Shown here piece by piece: positions 23,601 through 37,483 of a stretch of 64,000 nt of DNA. The first letter of the stretch is position 1; each line of letters starts with the position of its first letter. The position numbers and the translations under genes are program-made. The DNA is from Phoronis australis. Lineage: Eukaryota; Animalia; Phoronida. A model generated the notes under the pieces. It saw only the letters and a list, made by a program, of their open reading frames with translations, did no database searches and was not told the origin of the DNA. The stretch covers positions 537,913 to 601,912 of the forward strand of contig NMRA01000005.1 in assembly GCA_002633005.1 (NCBI GenBank), written 5' to 3'.

Positions 23601-26600
23601 GCTCATTCGAAATGTTTTTAAAGCGTTACTGTTGATTATACTGAATGACTTTTTCTTTACCGTGAACGTAGGAGGCCTGGTGATGAAATTAATTGCGGAC
23701 GAGGTGGGGGGTTCACAGTTTGACGAAGTATGATTTGCCTGTAGGATAGACAACTTTCTATGGTTCTAGGGTGTGTCTTGATTGCGACATGGAGTGAAAA
23801 TCTCAGATACGTCAACGAAAACTAATCGCCTTTGTCATATTTTTCACACTGTTTACCTCATGATTTGTACTTTATCACACGTTTGGTTAACAGAATATCA
23901 CCACACCTCCCATACTTTTCATTTCAAACAAAACTTGCAAATCTAAATTCATCACGTTTAGTATAAACGTCAAAACAGCCTAGGTATTTGTAATGAAAAG
24001 TAGTTTTATATTCTGCCGTTAGGTGATGCTGTGATTTTTCAAAGCTTATTTTTGCTGCTATTTGCCTTGTTTTGCTTGTTTCAGTTCTTAAATGTCACAA
24101 ATAGTGTTTAAATGTGACTGTTAGAATGTCTGAGACAATATTTTATCAATATTGATACAATGCAAATACTCTACTAATTTCCATATTTTTTCTCACGAAT
24201 TCCAGTTATTGCCAAATTAATCGAAACTTTAAACGCGGGATCTTTTTAAATTTGAAAGGTGCATGTATGAATGAGGTGGAAAACGTCAAAATAAAATTGC
24301 CACGTCAAAGTACTCACGAAACGTACAACCTGACACCCATTCAGGTTTGCTGAAAGGCGGCCGTGTTTCCAATGTTGAAAAATCACAAAACGTTATAGTT
24401 GCAATCGGCGAATAAAGAGCAGCTTGCGATAATCTAGGGTTGCGAGTCGATCGACAATTTGCAATCGAAATCCCATTGAAATTGTATTTCACAAACGTTT
24501 GACGGCTTATGGCAAAACATGCTTGCCGGGAGTACGTCAAGTTAGTTCGTTAAAAATATCTGTCAATGCTCCTATGGTGCTGCAGCTCTGTCTTCCATAC
24601 TCCAACTTTAATGACGCGATTTCATACGAGTCCGTTGGATGACTGTCTACACACTCCGATTGTAGGATATGACTTCGAGCAGTCATTTCGATACACATAC
24701 ACCGAATACTGTCGTATACGAATTTACGAAAACTCGGAGAGTGTAAACAACCTTTATCCAGTACATACTGTATAAAAAGTATTAAAAAATTCTCATGAAT
24801 AGGAACCTAGTATTTAAGCGATGCCGTCAGATTTTAAGACATGCGAGCTCGCCAAAATGTTTCTTTTCTACTTCACGAAACACGTCCGTCTAGAATATTA
24901 CAGTACAGGCAAGATAATAGTGAGACCCAGTGTACTACCGTACGGCACATACTGTGTACATGTGCAGTAGTAGCGCGTGAAGTCTTCGTAGTTTTCGAGC
25001 CGAAGTGCCCTAAAATAGCGGCATCCGCATTCATCTTCTCCGCCATGAGAATTGCTGAGAGCCCATTCAAGTCATTTGGGTCGGTCCCTTATGAAATACG
25101 AATGTTTACTGTTTGTTCTTTTGCGAATTACATGTAGATTTTATTGAAAGTTGTCGACAGCTGAGTAATTAATTTATACATGTTTTGAAAAACATTTTGG
25201 TGCCTTTGAGAACTAGCTAATTTACGGTTGTCTTTTGTGTAAAAAAAGACTTGTTGTGTAAGGCAACAAAAATTTCAGTTAAGTCACGTGCCTTATCGCA
25301 CACTCAATTTTAGGGTGATGAATGAAAGTACGTACGTTTTATTCTCCGCCAGCGCGAAGTAGATGTTCCCAATTCTGTAAAAAAGGAATTTTCAGGGACT
25401 CCCTTTGTAAAATTTTGTGTATGCGGATGACATTTCGAGCGGCAAATGGTACCAAGTTAGGAACCAACAAGCGAAAACGAACGTTTCCGCCAGCGATGGA
25501 ATACACTGACCGATTTATTGACCTTGCCCCAGATGCTTCATTTTTCGTGACTCTTTAGTCGTGCTTGGTTGTTGAGGGATTATGTAAAGCAAATTTAACA
25601 CCTTTAGCCAATGCAGTTTCTGTGCTCGGCTTCATGTGTTTTGTTTGGACGTTTCCATGTTGCTCAACGGGCAAGTTATATTTGCAGGCGGATTAGCAAA
25701 CACAAGGGGCTCGCAAATGAGTACAATGATTGCAACATAATGGCTCGTTGTCGTTATAATATGCCTTCATGAAAAGAGTTTTCACATTCAGTCGTGGGAT
25801 TACACAATCGGATCTTAGACAATATCTTTTCAGGTCTCAACATAAATGTTTAAAGAACGTCCTTCCCAACATATCCTCGATTTATCCGACTCGGAGGTTA
25901 TGAATAAATCTTCGAAAAATCAAAATTTGGACAACTTAGGAAGATTACATTTCGTAAATAGGTGATCAAACTCAAATAAAAATTTCCGATATGCAATGTT
26001 CGCAATTACAGTTTTAGGAATTCTTTTTGAAACATTTGCGTAAGGCGCACTCTCGAAAATAGGCCTTACTTAATGATTTTTACATTCGATTTTTCATCTC
26101 AGAAGCTTCAATAGATCTAAAATAATAACGAAAGGCTAATCTAGAAGACTGAATCAGAGTTTGGGATTTCATTTTGAATATAAATTTTCAAACTAATTTT
26201 GGTCCCGTTCAGTTATTAATGCTTTTACAGTGTATTTCGCTATGAATGCACTCTTCCAAAACATGACGTACGCGAACCCCAATCACTCGTGTGAAGTTAA
26301 GTTGAAAGTGCCTTCTACAAATCAGTGCACTTCCATTGGATTTAATTATATTTAATAATTGTGTAGTCTCATTATAACATTTTTTCAAATTGCGTAACTT
26401 TTTAAATGAGCCAATGCGTTTGATTCACTCCTTCGGTCTTGTATCTACAACACGATCACTGCGAAAAGTGAAGGGAGTTGTTCACGACAGGAATAAATGC
26501 CTTCCAAAGAGTTTAAAATTTACTCGATGTTGTAATTCCTACAACTTCAAACTATTTGAACACCAATACTTACTAAACGCATGAGTCGAGTAGCAAACGG

Positions 26601-27717
26601 AAAATTAAACAACGGATGTAACTGGCGGATCTTTGATCAGCTATAATATGATACTAGGTGTGCCGCCGCCATTTTTTTATCACGAACTAAGTCTGCCCTT
26701 CCCCTACGTGTTTATCACCTCCTTTCAGTTTAGTTTCACGCAGACGCTGGTAACTACATTTTTCTTTCCTAAACACGCATGTTTCTACGTAGAACGGAGA
26801 AGAGAGGGTATTTTAATCTGCTCAACTACGACCTGTTTTTCATGAACTACGTTCCTACTATTAGCTACATCAAGTGGGAAAACCAATGACCCAAAATTAA
26901 GAATCATTCATTATCTAGAAATTCCACGAGTTGTCAAGAACTTATTGTGGATGGGCACGAATTTCACCAAGTGTTATAGGTCATGTACGCCACTCCTTTA
27001 GTGTATGGTTCTTACCTGTACTATTGATTTTGCATTCTCAGCCACACAGTACTCAGAATAAATTGCGTAATAATCTGGATTCTATACCAGAAAGTTCCAA
27101 TCTCCTGTGACAGGTTTGCCTGGACTGTTTTATTCACGTACCTTCTCAGTCTAAATCATATCCATTTCTTGCACCGTTTCTTCATCAAAAGATGCGTCGT
27201 CGGTAGTTTCAACATCGTATATTAAATAACGTCCCCAAAAACGAGTTTCGCAGTACGCTTCAGCGGACGGGGACTTGCGTACCAAGAAGAACGGCACAGG
27301 CTTTTGCAGACTGTTCACGTGACAGCTACAGCGTGCCTTTGTGTCGCAATCGATTGACGCTCAATCGCTATGGTCGCAAAACCTTCAGGTTTACTTAAGG
27401 GTTATTTCAAATATTTTCCTAGTTCTGTCGCCCGCAGGGAAAGTATTCGAGTGGTTTTTGATAGGGGGGATGTGCAGTTGGAAAATTAGAGCACCCATTT
27501 GTCTTGAAAAAGAGACTCGCTAAAGGAACATTCCCCGTAGAATTCACTCTTTCATGAAACACCCCTCTATCATAGGGATTAACTCTGTTCTTAACACCAC
27601 GAGACGAATTGCCGCGTAATCAAAAGAGAACTACTTTGTGCAGCGGAACTTTGAAACTATAACACTGCAAACCCTCTGAAGTTTTTTAGTGTTGTCGGAA
27701 ACATTTTATGTGGAGAT

Positions 27718-28159
27718 CTGTGCTCGGTTGCATGAAACAGTCCCAAATAGGGACTCAACCAAGTTCCCTAAATCTACTGCGTATTGGTGGGTTTGTGAAA
27801 GCACCAATTGTCCTCCCTTATGCTGTTTTAGTTTCATTACTAAGTCAACTTTTGGCTTTGATACAAATCGAGAGTGAGCTAGACGTTGAATTCTCAATAT
27901 TATCGAAAATGAACAGGGATCTTTTTAGGCAACGCCCCTAATTTAGGGTTTAAGTCCATGTTTATTTTCATTGAATTCTGGGCTCATTTTTTAGTTATAT
28001 TGTTAGAAAATATCTATTAATTAAACAGGAACTCATAATAAAGCTGAATTTAAATAAAAAAGTTTACATCTGTCAGTAAAGAAAGACACAAATAGGCAGA
28101 GGATTTAGGGAACTTAGTTGTGTCCCTATTTGGGACTGTTTCATGATGCAACCCGACAG
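27718..28159. mobile_element. MITE with ~70-bp imperfect TIRs
   Basis: ggttgcatgaaacagtcccaaatagggactcaaccaagttccctaaatc mirrors gatttagggaacttagttgtgtccctatttgggactgtttcatgatgcaacc. Confidence 0.7.
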
Positions 28160-28199
28160 TGAGCTCCCAAATTTAACACTTTGAAACAAATTAAATCTA

Positions 28200-28580
28200 G
28201 ACTAGAGGTGTGAACTTCAAAAAATGGGTGTAAAATTTCATTCGCGAATCTGAAAAATGTTTGATAGGTACATAGAACTTGAGGAATACAATGCCAACTT
28301 AGATCTCTTGATGTAGTCAAATTTTTTGACAATGTTGAAGATTGGGTTAGAAATGAAACAATACTTCTCTGGGTACAAATGTACTTACAGTTTTGTTTGG
28401 AAACAGATGTAGAAGCCAATCACTTTAATCTTGTTTCTTTGCAAGTTCCATGTATATAATCAACGTCCTAATGATAAACTTCTAAATTTAATTATATTGA
28501 CAAGAGAAATTGAAAAATACATTTATTCAAAAGATTTGGAAATAGAAAAGTTTACAAATAGATGGTCACAAATGCATAAT
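28200..28580 (+). mobile_element. Degenerate 3' end of an L1/Tx1-type LINE ORF2
   Basis: Broken frames read ...SEKC...VVKFFDNVEDW...FLCKFHVYNQR...IEKYIYSKDLEIEKFTNRW, resembling the C-terminal tail of invertebrate Tx1/L1 ORF2 as I recall it. Confidence 0.45.
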
Positions 28581-30532
28581 CTAATAGCAATGAGTGGATA
28601 TTTCATCACTCCGCGATACTCTCCCTTTTTCAGAGGCTTATACTAGAGCACTGTCTTGTATGTTTTAAAATGTATTTCTAAAATCCAGTTCAAATATTCT
28701 TTTATCTTGGTGAACGTTTCTTTCGATGAATTCTAAAATAAGGCAAGGGAATCCCAGACCCTTGTCTTTGCTTATGTTGAACTGGGAGAATAATTTTAAA
28801 AAAAAATCGATCTCGCGCTGCTGAGGTTGCGCTTCGCAAGCGTGGGCCGTTGTTTTTCATCGCTATGGAATATAGGGCTTGGAGTGAAAATTTTAACCTT
28901 AGTAAGTTTAGAATTTTTATTGCTAAAAGCTTCTTCAGGAAAAATTTTGTCTCTATTTTCGTAATATTTTGCGGACTAATAGGTCCAAACATTGTCAAAC
29001 GAAGAGTAATCTGCGTATCGGAAAGTCGGTTGTGGGTATATACTAGCGCTTCCTTACTCCTAGGCAGAACATGAAGTCTTCTAGACGTACATGCATTACA
29101 ATAATTTAGAAAGAATAAAATTTCGAATCCTTGAAATATATCCACACGTCATTAAAGCACCAAAACCGTGTACCTATGACCAATAACAGAAATACATGTT
29201 TAACGCTAGGCCAGTGGGAAAAGTGTCCGTTACTGTCACCTTAGAATTCTAGGAATAGAATGCTAAGTGACTGATGCATTCAAGTGTTAGAGATTGTGAC
29301 CCCGAGATTTGCAAGGAAGTGGGTGGGCGAGAATGCGCATTATGAATTTCCGGGCCACTCGACTGAGTTTGGGTCGAGTGTTGTAGTTGTTCAAATCGAG
29401 CCTACATTGTAATTTCATTGCTTCATTTTAAATTTGTTGTGCTAATAGAATCATCAAACGGTACGCTTGAGGTATGGTCCCCATCAGCGATTTCTCGGCA
29501 AAAGTAGTCCACAAACCGGACAATTAAACAGGTTATTCTTCACCCGTGGCAGTGTTTTGTTGACAATAGTGGCGTTTGGTGTCGCAGTATTTGTTCTGCA
29601 ATTATAAAGGAAACGTTTACTGACCGATGTGTTTGCGCAACTTTTGATAGCTACTCGTGTATTTATTTTCGTGGCTGTGTGCGTACATACATGTATGCAC
29701 ATGTGTACACTGGTTTGAATAGTTTCTATAATAATTCATTTACGCAATGTTTACCTGTTGACATACTTTTAATTCGATTTCTGAGCAGTATAGTAATGTT
29801 ATTTATAGTATTTACCTACTCGTGAATTATAATAAAAAATTAAAAACTTTACCTTGTAAAAGAATCAAATCATGTGCTTTGTGTTACCGATAAGCCTACA
29901 GTGTACTTTCCAACTGTCCGGCTCTGTTGCACTTAGTTTTGACGACTTTCCGCGCCATCTCTCTACACCATTAAAATATCCCGGACCGGTTTGTTGACAT
30001 ATTATAATATACTCTTGTGATTTACCACACGACATGGCCCTATTTTCCGTTCGACTAAACGGAAAAACGTAAAGTTTAATATGTTTTTGGGGCACTTGCT
30101 ACTTCCCGTTCGCCCGACTACAAAACAAAAATCGCCACTAGGCGTCTTTTGGTTGTTACGGCACCAGTAATCTTCCGACCGACAAAAACTCTTTTGTGTA
30201 TTGCGGCGAATATTTCACTATTGCCTTTGGCTATAGACCCAGATACCTCCTTTCCATCCGGATGTCTCACTTTTCAGTATCGAATGTTGACAAATATGGA
30301 ATATGTGTCGCAACATTTTCTCTTTGTCGAATATTGTTACTGTAATGTCCATATTTTATCTATCAGAAATCTGCAAATTTCGTGGAGGCAGTTGGAGTAA
30401 TTAGTTTATCACATTTTTGAATGCTGATATTTTATCACCAAACAGCACCGAAGCTCCAATTAATTTACAAAGATGTATAACTTTGGATGAACGCCTGACT
30501 AAATTTTTCACATCAAGGGAGGCATATTTAAA

Positions 30533-33500
30533 GAGTGACTCCATACAAAAACCAACAGGTAGAGTCTATACCCAAAATCACCGATTTTTTTGAAACTTAG
30601 CACATGAGTTTGGTTTGTTGAGATGTAGAAAAACCTCACTTTTTAAGAATTTTCAATCATCATTTTTCTTTTTATGACCTGTACCTCCATTTTGCAACAA
30701 AATTGGGCGTCGAAGTAGGCATGTTTGAATGCATTTTACTAGCATGTGTGGTAAGGTCAAAACAAATTAATAATACGAATTGAAAGGACAGTGGCTGAAT
30801 AATTTAATGGCATAACTTTCAAAATCCATTTTTAAAATTGTACGTTTTGAATTTGTGAGGCAAAAACGGCTATTTTTCAGTTTTTCACTGAAGCCATTTT
30901 CGGCCAAATTTGGCACTCTGTAGCAGCCATAACGCACCTTTCCTGAAATTGAATTTATAATAATTTGTTTAGTCATTCCTAACCTGTTCATAATCTAAAA
31001 TAAAAATCTTGCCTCTAATGTAGTTTTTGCGTACGAAGCATTACACGAACTGCACTTCGTCCTTTTGCATGTTCACAGTTGCCTCTGCTGCCAATAGGGG
31101 GCTCTTGGAACATACAATTACCTTGCGAAACACGACATAAAAACCTTGTATTTTGGAGAAAAGGCAGTCAGCATTATTAATTACCATTCTCTGAAAACGG
31201 CATTGATGATTATTGCTTATTACAAAAAACATGTAACGTAAATCAACTGGCATGATGATAGATGGCGCTGCTTTTGTTTACGTAGAGACTGAAGACGCGC
31301 AGAATAAGCCAGAGCAGTAACACGAGGACTTTGCTATAATTCAAGACTTCGCGAAATATTGCCCTGCATTTTAAATAAGAACACGTGGTTTTGGATAAAT
31401 TTTAGAGAGGTTCTAGTTTTACTGAACTCACCCCTGCTTTGTTGTCTATCTGCCTTGTTCGTGCCACAGGCAAAGGAAGGCGCCCAAGGTGGATATGCCT
31501 CCCTAGTGTTCAGTGCAAAAAATCCTTCAACTTGTCGATAGTCATTGTAACTTTGGGTTCATATTGCAATGTCCCTGCCGGTTGCTACAAATTTTAGTCG
31601 CCACCAGTCGCCAGAAATCTGGTGTTCCCCCCACACACCGGGCACCCTAACGCTGAATATTTCTGCCACTGTGATCATCAGTGGTATAAAAAGGTACACA
31701 TTCACAGTCAATAGAAAATAATTCACAAGAGACAATTTTATTAATGACTCATTCATAACAGACATGAAGTAAACAGAAGTAATGGTCTCGACTTCATATA
31801 TCACACATCTTTGACTGGTATGCTACAAAACTAGGCTAAACGTTGAGCTCATTTACCACTTCATTCAGTAAATCTGACGATATAACAGCATCTTCAGCAG
31901 ACATTGCTTCGTCATGAACATTGCTGCAGAAAACCTCCAAAAAATCCACCAATCTGCGATTCACTTAATATCACAGGTAAACACTTTACCAATAGGTTCT
32001 TGTAATGTTTTCTCCATTTTGGCACTTCCGAGGGTGAACGTTTTTACCTGACTTATCTCCTTCGTCGAATATGTTCGTCAGAAAGTTCTTAACCTTTGCT
32101 GAAAATTTTGTTGACCTTTTACCTTTTTTTAATGCCTAACCTATTGCTTCAGCATTCGTCTCATCCAGATAGTACTCTGAGCAGGCTGTCTCAAATGACG
32201 CTCCGGTTCTTGCGTCTGAAAGCATTTCTGACCACTGTCGTGCGATGTGGTCATACGTGTAGCAAAAAATTTCGAGTAACCTTGCTGGGTACAAGGGAAC
32301 TTTTGTTGAAGCTCTTCACTAGATCTGATGCAATGCCAACCTTAACTCTTGTTGAAAATCCGCCATGTCTCAGAGAGATGTTAGTGTATTTTAGAGAAAT
32401 AAGTTTCCCATTTTCTTAGTATTTGTAAGAACTTACCGTCACCTACATGGAATGATTTCCACACGCAAATTCCTTGGGTGGAGTAGTGGGAATTTGCTTA
32501 TGCCAGGAACTGAGTATTTTGGAAAAGACTTTGTTGCATTGACTGAACATGCATACGCATAACATCCCTTCACATGGCCACTGGAAAGTAATGCTTCTTT
32601 CAAATACAGAAAGTTTATGATATTGTTACCTTCGGCTACAAAGTACTTTGCATGTTGTTTGAGTGGAGCGATCTTGCGATCACAGAGATCCTTTCCATTC
32701 TGACGTTCAGTAAAGTCATATCTCGAAACAGAAATGCCGGTAGAATTTGACAAGGCTGCTACGTTCAGGAGGAAAGGAGCAGAGTGGTAACATCCAGCAT
32801 TACCTGACTCTTCCATGACGGGTCCTGTTCAGTCAGAAATTCACCGACTCTGGGTAGTACGAGTCTATACTCAGGCACAGGCCTTGCTTTGTGAGGTAGT
32901 TTCCTGTATCTCAAATGTTCAGTGGTGTCTTTGACATAACTCACTAAAGCACAAAGCTTTTGTGATCGGATTTTTTGCAGAATAAACTCTAAAGGAACAT
33001 GAAGGCCCATCGACATCGTCCGCCATTTTGTCTTTTTAAAATGCACTTGCTTCTTTCAAAACCAGTCATTACAAATATCAATTCTTACTCGTTTAATCTT
33101 AAATGCATTTATTTCCATTTAAAATTTCTACAGAGTTTTTAAATTAACCTGATAGTGTAAAAGAAATGAAAGAATACAAGAGGGTTACACGTACATTTTT
33201 TATATGTCCTCAAGCTTAACCTCAACTGACTCCCTCAGTGGGCAATGTCATTGGGTTCATGTTTGATACTAGCCGCGTAATAAACCCGGAAAACATCTTG
33301 TTTTCATTTGAAAGAGTTTAGGCTTGGTTTCTATAACTATTTAAAGCAGACTTATTGCCTAAAAGTTTGTTCAAATGGTGTGTAAACTCTGCTCGTCATT
33401 TCCAAACTATGAAAATAGACAGTTTTGCAAGACAATTTTCACTAAGGTGCAAAGTTGAGGCAAGATTTTTTATTGCTCAGTCATCAAGACTAATTCTTTA

Positions 33501-33949
33501 ACTGTATGTTCAAAACGTCACATAAGGCTATAAGGCGGTTTATGGCAGTAAGAAAGTCACAAAAATGGTCACAAAAATTAGCCCCTAAAAGTGGTCTGTG
33601 GATTATCTCCCCTGTCTAGCATAAAACTGTCAGATTTTAATAAATGGAACAGAATTATGTATAGTATACGTTGGTTATTTCGGCCACCAAAATATAGCTT
33701 TTGATCTATTTTGTATGTTACTCATTTTTGTTGCTGAAAAAATGCGATTTTTTAGACAGCTAATATGCCCAATTGTGCCAATTTGTGTGATCATGCTCCA
33801 GCGGCGAAATTAGGGGTCATTGAGTGCACAAAATTTGGCATTTGGGCTTATGTTAGGATACCTACCCATGTACAAAAAATGAAGTTGTTTTAAATTTTGA
33901 CGTATAGACTGATTTTTGAAATTCTACTGGTTTTTATATGGACTGTCTC
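30533..33949 (-). mobile_element. Internally deleted Sola3-like DNA transposon
   Basis: Imperfect TIRs beginning GAG next to TTAA (ttaaa-gagtgactccatacaaaaacca at 30528; tggtttttatatggactgtctc-ttaa ending at 33953) enclose a transposase remnant. Confidence 0.55.
31920..32816 (-). pseudogene. Transposase remnant (NAGCYH...QNGKDLCDR family, Sola3-like)
   Basis: GNAGCYHS...RYDFTERQNGKDLCDRKIAPLKQH...EGNNI...LKEALLSSGHVKG, then G*ALKKGKRSTKFSAKVKNFLTNIFDEGDKSG and LSESQIGGFF in broken frames with stops. Confidence 0.65.
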
Positions 33950-34219
33950 TTAACATCTTTGTCTTTATCTGGTAGCAATCTTTGAATCAATGAAAATACT
34001 TCCCTGTTGGTTTAATTAGTCATTTAGCGGCATAATGTCCACATATCGTACTTTTCCTAGTCGGCCCTGCTTAATTGCGATTAGATGTTAATTAGTTGGC
34101 TCATTATTTAATTGATAAGTCAATTAAGTACACGAATGGTTCATTATCAAACATGTTGTTATTTGACACAATGAATGTTCATAGCTGGCGCCGTTGTCGA
34201 CGACCTATTTGTGATTGCG

Positions 34220-34533
34220 GACCTAGCTTTCGAGCCCGTCCTGGGACACCCGTCGGAATGGGAATCTTCGTGTCACATGGTCATCAGTGGGTGGTCATTG
34301 GTGGTAGTCCAGCCCATCTATAGAAGAATCGTCTAAATCATGAGCAATAAAACAAAATTGAACAGAGAGAATGGATATGGATTACCAGCTACTTACCAGC
34401 ACCTCCTCATATTGAACAGACACCAGGTGGGGTTGGAAAACTATTAAGGACCACCCACTGATGACCATGTGACAGGAAGACTCCCGCCCGCACTTCGACG
34501 AAGGACCCAGGACGGGCCCGAAAGCTCTAGGTC
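34220..34533. mobile_element. Small foldback/MITE with ~80-bp imperfect TIRs
   Basis: gacctagctttcgagcccgtcctggg...tgtcacatggtcatcagtgggtggtc mirrors gaccacccactgatgaccatgtgaca...cccaggacgggcccgaaagctctaggtc. Confidence 0.7.
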
Positions 34534-34953
34534 GTGACAAGTGAAGATTTTTATGAATTTTCGCCTACGGATTTCGTTAGGATTAACACTTTGGTACTGG
34601 TGGCGTCGTTATAACATGTTCTGAGGTGCGGTACCAGGCATTAAATTTAATTTTGTCATAGTTCACTCAATATTTTTGTATACGCTGTTTAATTGACGAC
34701 TCCAACAGTCAACACTAGCAAGAACAATCTTTTTAACCATAACAAGAGCAATGATTACCGTATAGGGGTGAAATAATGCGTTTAATACCGTGAGTGTATT
34801 CGCTGTGGGCATTATTACGTAGTACTGGATACCTGCCAAACTTACAGGCACTCACTAGAACAGTGTACACAGTCTTTCTTTTAAACTGGTGTTTTTATCA
34901 TTTTGTCTTTCGTCAGACTGTTGTAAAAAATGCTACTAAAAATAATCTTTGTA

Positions 34954-35038
34954 CATGGGCGGCGCAGCACTGAAAAAAGTGGGGGCTATAGNNNNCCCCC
35001 CCCCCCCCCCCCCAGCCCCCTATGGTGCGCCGCCCATA
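34954..35038. mobile_element. Tiny GC-rich MITE family A (CATGGGCGGCGCA...TGCGCCGCCCATG); other copies at 40233-40316 and 50803-50873
   Basis: Three copies share the termini and the core gcactgaaaaaagtggggctatag...ccagccccctatggtgcgccgcccat. Confidence 0.7.
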
Positions 35039-36570
35039 TTGTTTATTGGAGAGTTTCCATTGCAAGAGGCGCATGCACCTGATTTCGGGAATATGAAGGT
35101 GCTGCTTCAAATGTGTATGGGACACAAGCGCACGTGACGGACAGTCAAGTTGGTTCATAGAGCTGTCGCAGCGAGCCTCGTTTTGGAACGCGCCTCTTGT
35201 CGGCGTGAATTAGGTCTATGTAGGTTTTTACCTTCGAGATACACGTAACTCATTTTAAATCTGGACCCGGGGTATAATGTGCTAGTCCGCGGAATTGAGC
35301 TCAAAATCATTAATTGTCTGTTCTGCTTTTATACTAAATAAATGTCTAGATATCATTCTATGCTCGAGTACATAATGGTTTACGTGAACAACTGTCTAAT
35401 CCAAGATAGTTTGTATTTGATGACTCCAGCGTTAGACTAAAAGTTAGATGCCGAACTCGAAATTTCGAGTTTCTACTTTGAATCTCGAGTTTTTACTCGA
35501 GTTTGTGGCTAGAATCTAGGGGCCATCAAGTGCAGACTTGGACCACAATATGCATACATGTACACCATTGTGCACACAGTAACAGAATACAAGACTCTTG
35601 TCTCGACGAGTTCGCAAAAAAGTAGATCGAGTACAAACATGAAACCCAGGCACATGACAGACACGTATTTTTTCACGACCAGCACGTGCACAATTTCGTT
35701 TCCTGCAGTAACCATCCCTCGGACAAACAAATCACACCATGAGTGTACCACATATCCGTGCTCGTTCTTATAAGAACGCGGGAACACCTGACGATGGCCG
35801 GAGAATAGATCGACTGGAACGTCGTGACAGTGTAAACAGAAAAGAGGTCGGTGTAAATAGACCAAGAGATTTTAATAATAGTTGTAACACGCCACCACCT
35901 CAGAGCGGTTTTAGAAAGTCACGTGGAGTAGGTAAATGTTTGAAAAAATCCTGGAAAGAATTTGATAGTTTTTATTAATGCTGTAAGGGACCGTTTACGC
36001 TTGATGATTCTACCCCTAGTCGGTAGTCGGTGCAATTTTGTATCTGCATCACCCCCCCCCCCTTTCATTACTTAAGTTACCCCAAGTCGCCATTCATTTC
36101 ACCCCCCTAGTTTCCCAAAAATTTTGCCTTTGCTCCCCCTTCTACCGTTAAATACTTTCAGATACAGTGACATTTCGTCTTGTTTAGCTGGCGGAAAACG
36201 GAAATCGGAATTGGGTCTTTTGCTCAAAGAAATCAGTGTCATAACATTCCTCTTACCGTGGTGGGATTCTATTTCCGTGTCCAGCAATGACAACGAAACC
36301 ATCGCCAACTCAAGAAAACGCTTCAGACTTAACCATGAAATTACATATTTGAAAATGGCGCACGTGCGATGATTGCCTGATTGACTGCGGGTAACGGAAA
36401 TGGAGATCGATTTCATGGGAGTAAATGACCAAATTCTATTTTTGTTGTTAGCCACCTAAACAGTTCGAAATGTATCTTCACTGTAAAATTTCATTTCCTT
36501 CCAGGCGAGATTGCAGAGCTTCTGCACTATGGGGAGGCACTGCTAAATTAAGGATGTCGTAAGGGGGTAC

Positions 36571-37483
36571 CAGGGGCGGATGCAGGATTTTGAGTTGGGG
36601 GGCAGGGCACAGGCCGGGAATAACCAGAATTTCGCCACATGCGCGCGCCCAAGCCTAAAATGTAGGGATGCAGGGGTCTTAATTTTTGAGATTTGTGGAC
36701 CTTATTACTAAAATAAGAAAACGGTAAACGGGGTTTGTTCAATACCTATGTATTGTGCATTCGCCCCCCGAGCCCCCTGGGTGCGCGCATATGCTAGTCA
36801 CAGGTCACAACAAGTTTATGGCATTCGAAAAACTTTCATTTGCAGTCGATTATATTTCCATTTCATATCCAGAATAATGCATTTTTGCGGCCATTTTACC
36901 TTAGTAGTCATTGCACGACTTCGGGTTGGCGGACAGTGCAGTGACTATAAGAGTTTTCATCTTCCAACGGAACAGCGTTCAGTGTTACGAAGAATACCAT
37001 AGGTGTTCTAAGTGTGCGCCGAGTTACCATACAGTCGTCCGCTGGATAAAATTTTCTAGTTACGTCCAGCTATATTCTCCTGTGTGGCACGGTCGAGCTG
37101 TCTCCATGCAAATCGCGGCAAAACCAGCCGATCAGCCTACAGGCCTTGGCGTTCGTCATACCGTTGACTGAAGTATCAACAGTAGAGAAGTGGCAACACC
37201 ACTTAAATGAATGGACTCTCCCCACCCCAGCCTCCCTCATGTTGCAACATGAATAGCACAAGCCAGGCCGGCGGATCCAGGATTTTGAGTTAGGGGGAGC
37301 CAGGGCACAGGAATAACCAGAATTTCGCCACACATGCGCGCGCCCACCCTAATATATGTAGGGATGCAGGGGTCTCGAATTTTTGGGTTTGTGGACCTTA
37401 TTACTAGAAAAAAACGGTGACCGGGATTTGTTCAAGGCCTATGCATTGTGCATTCGCACCCTGGGTGCGCGCATATGCTAGTC
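36571..37483 (+). repeat. Two direct copies (36571-36799, 37264-37483) of a ~220-bp GC-rich MITE; related copy at 60781-61051
   Basis: Shared gcggat.caggattttgagtt.gggg...gaataaccagaatttcgccaca...gtggaccttattacta...ctgggtgcgcgcatatgctagtc. Confidence 0.7.

Noticed and set aside
34992-34995. N runs next to poly-C tracts (also 61024-61025)
   Set aside because: Assembly ambiguity in homopolymers, not biology.
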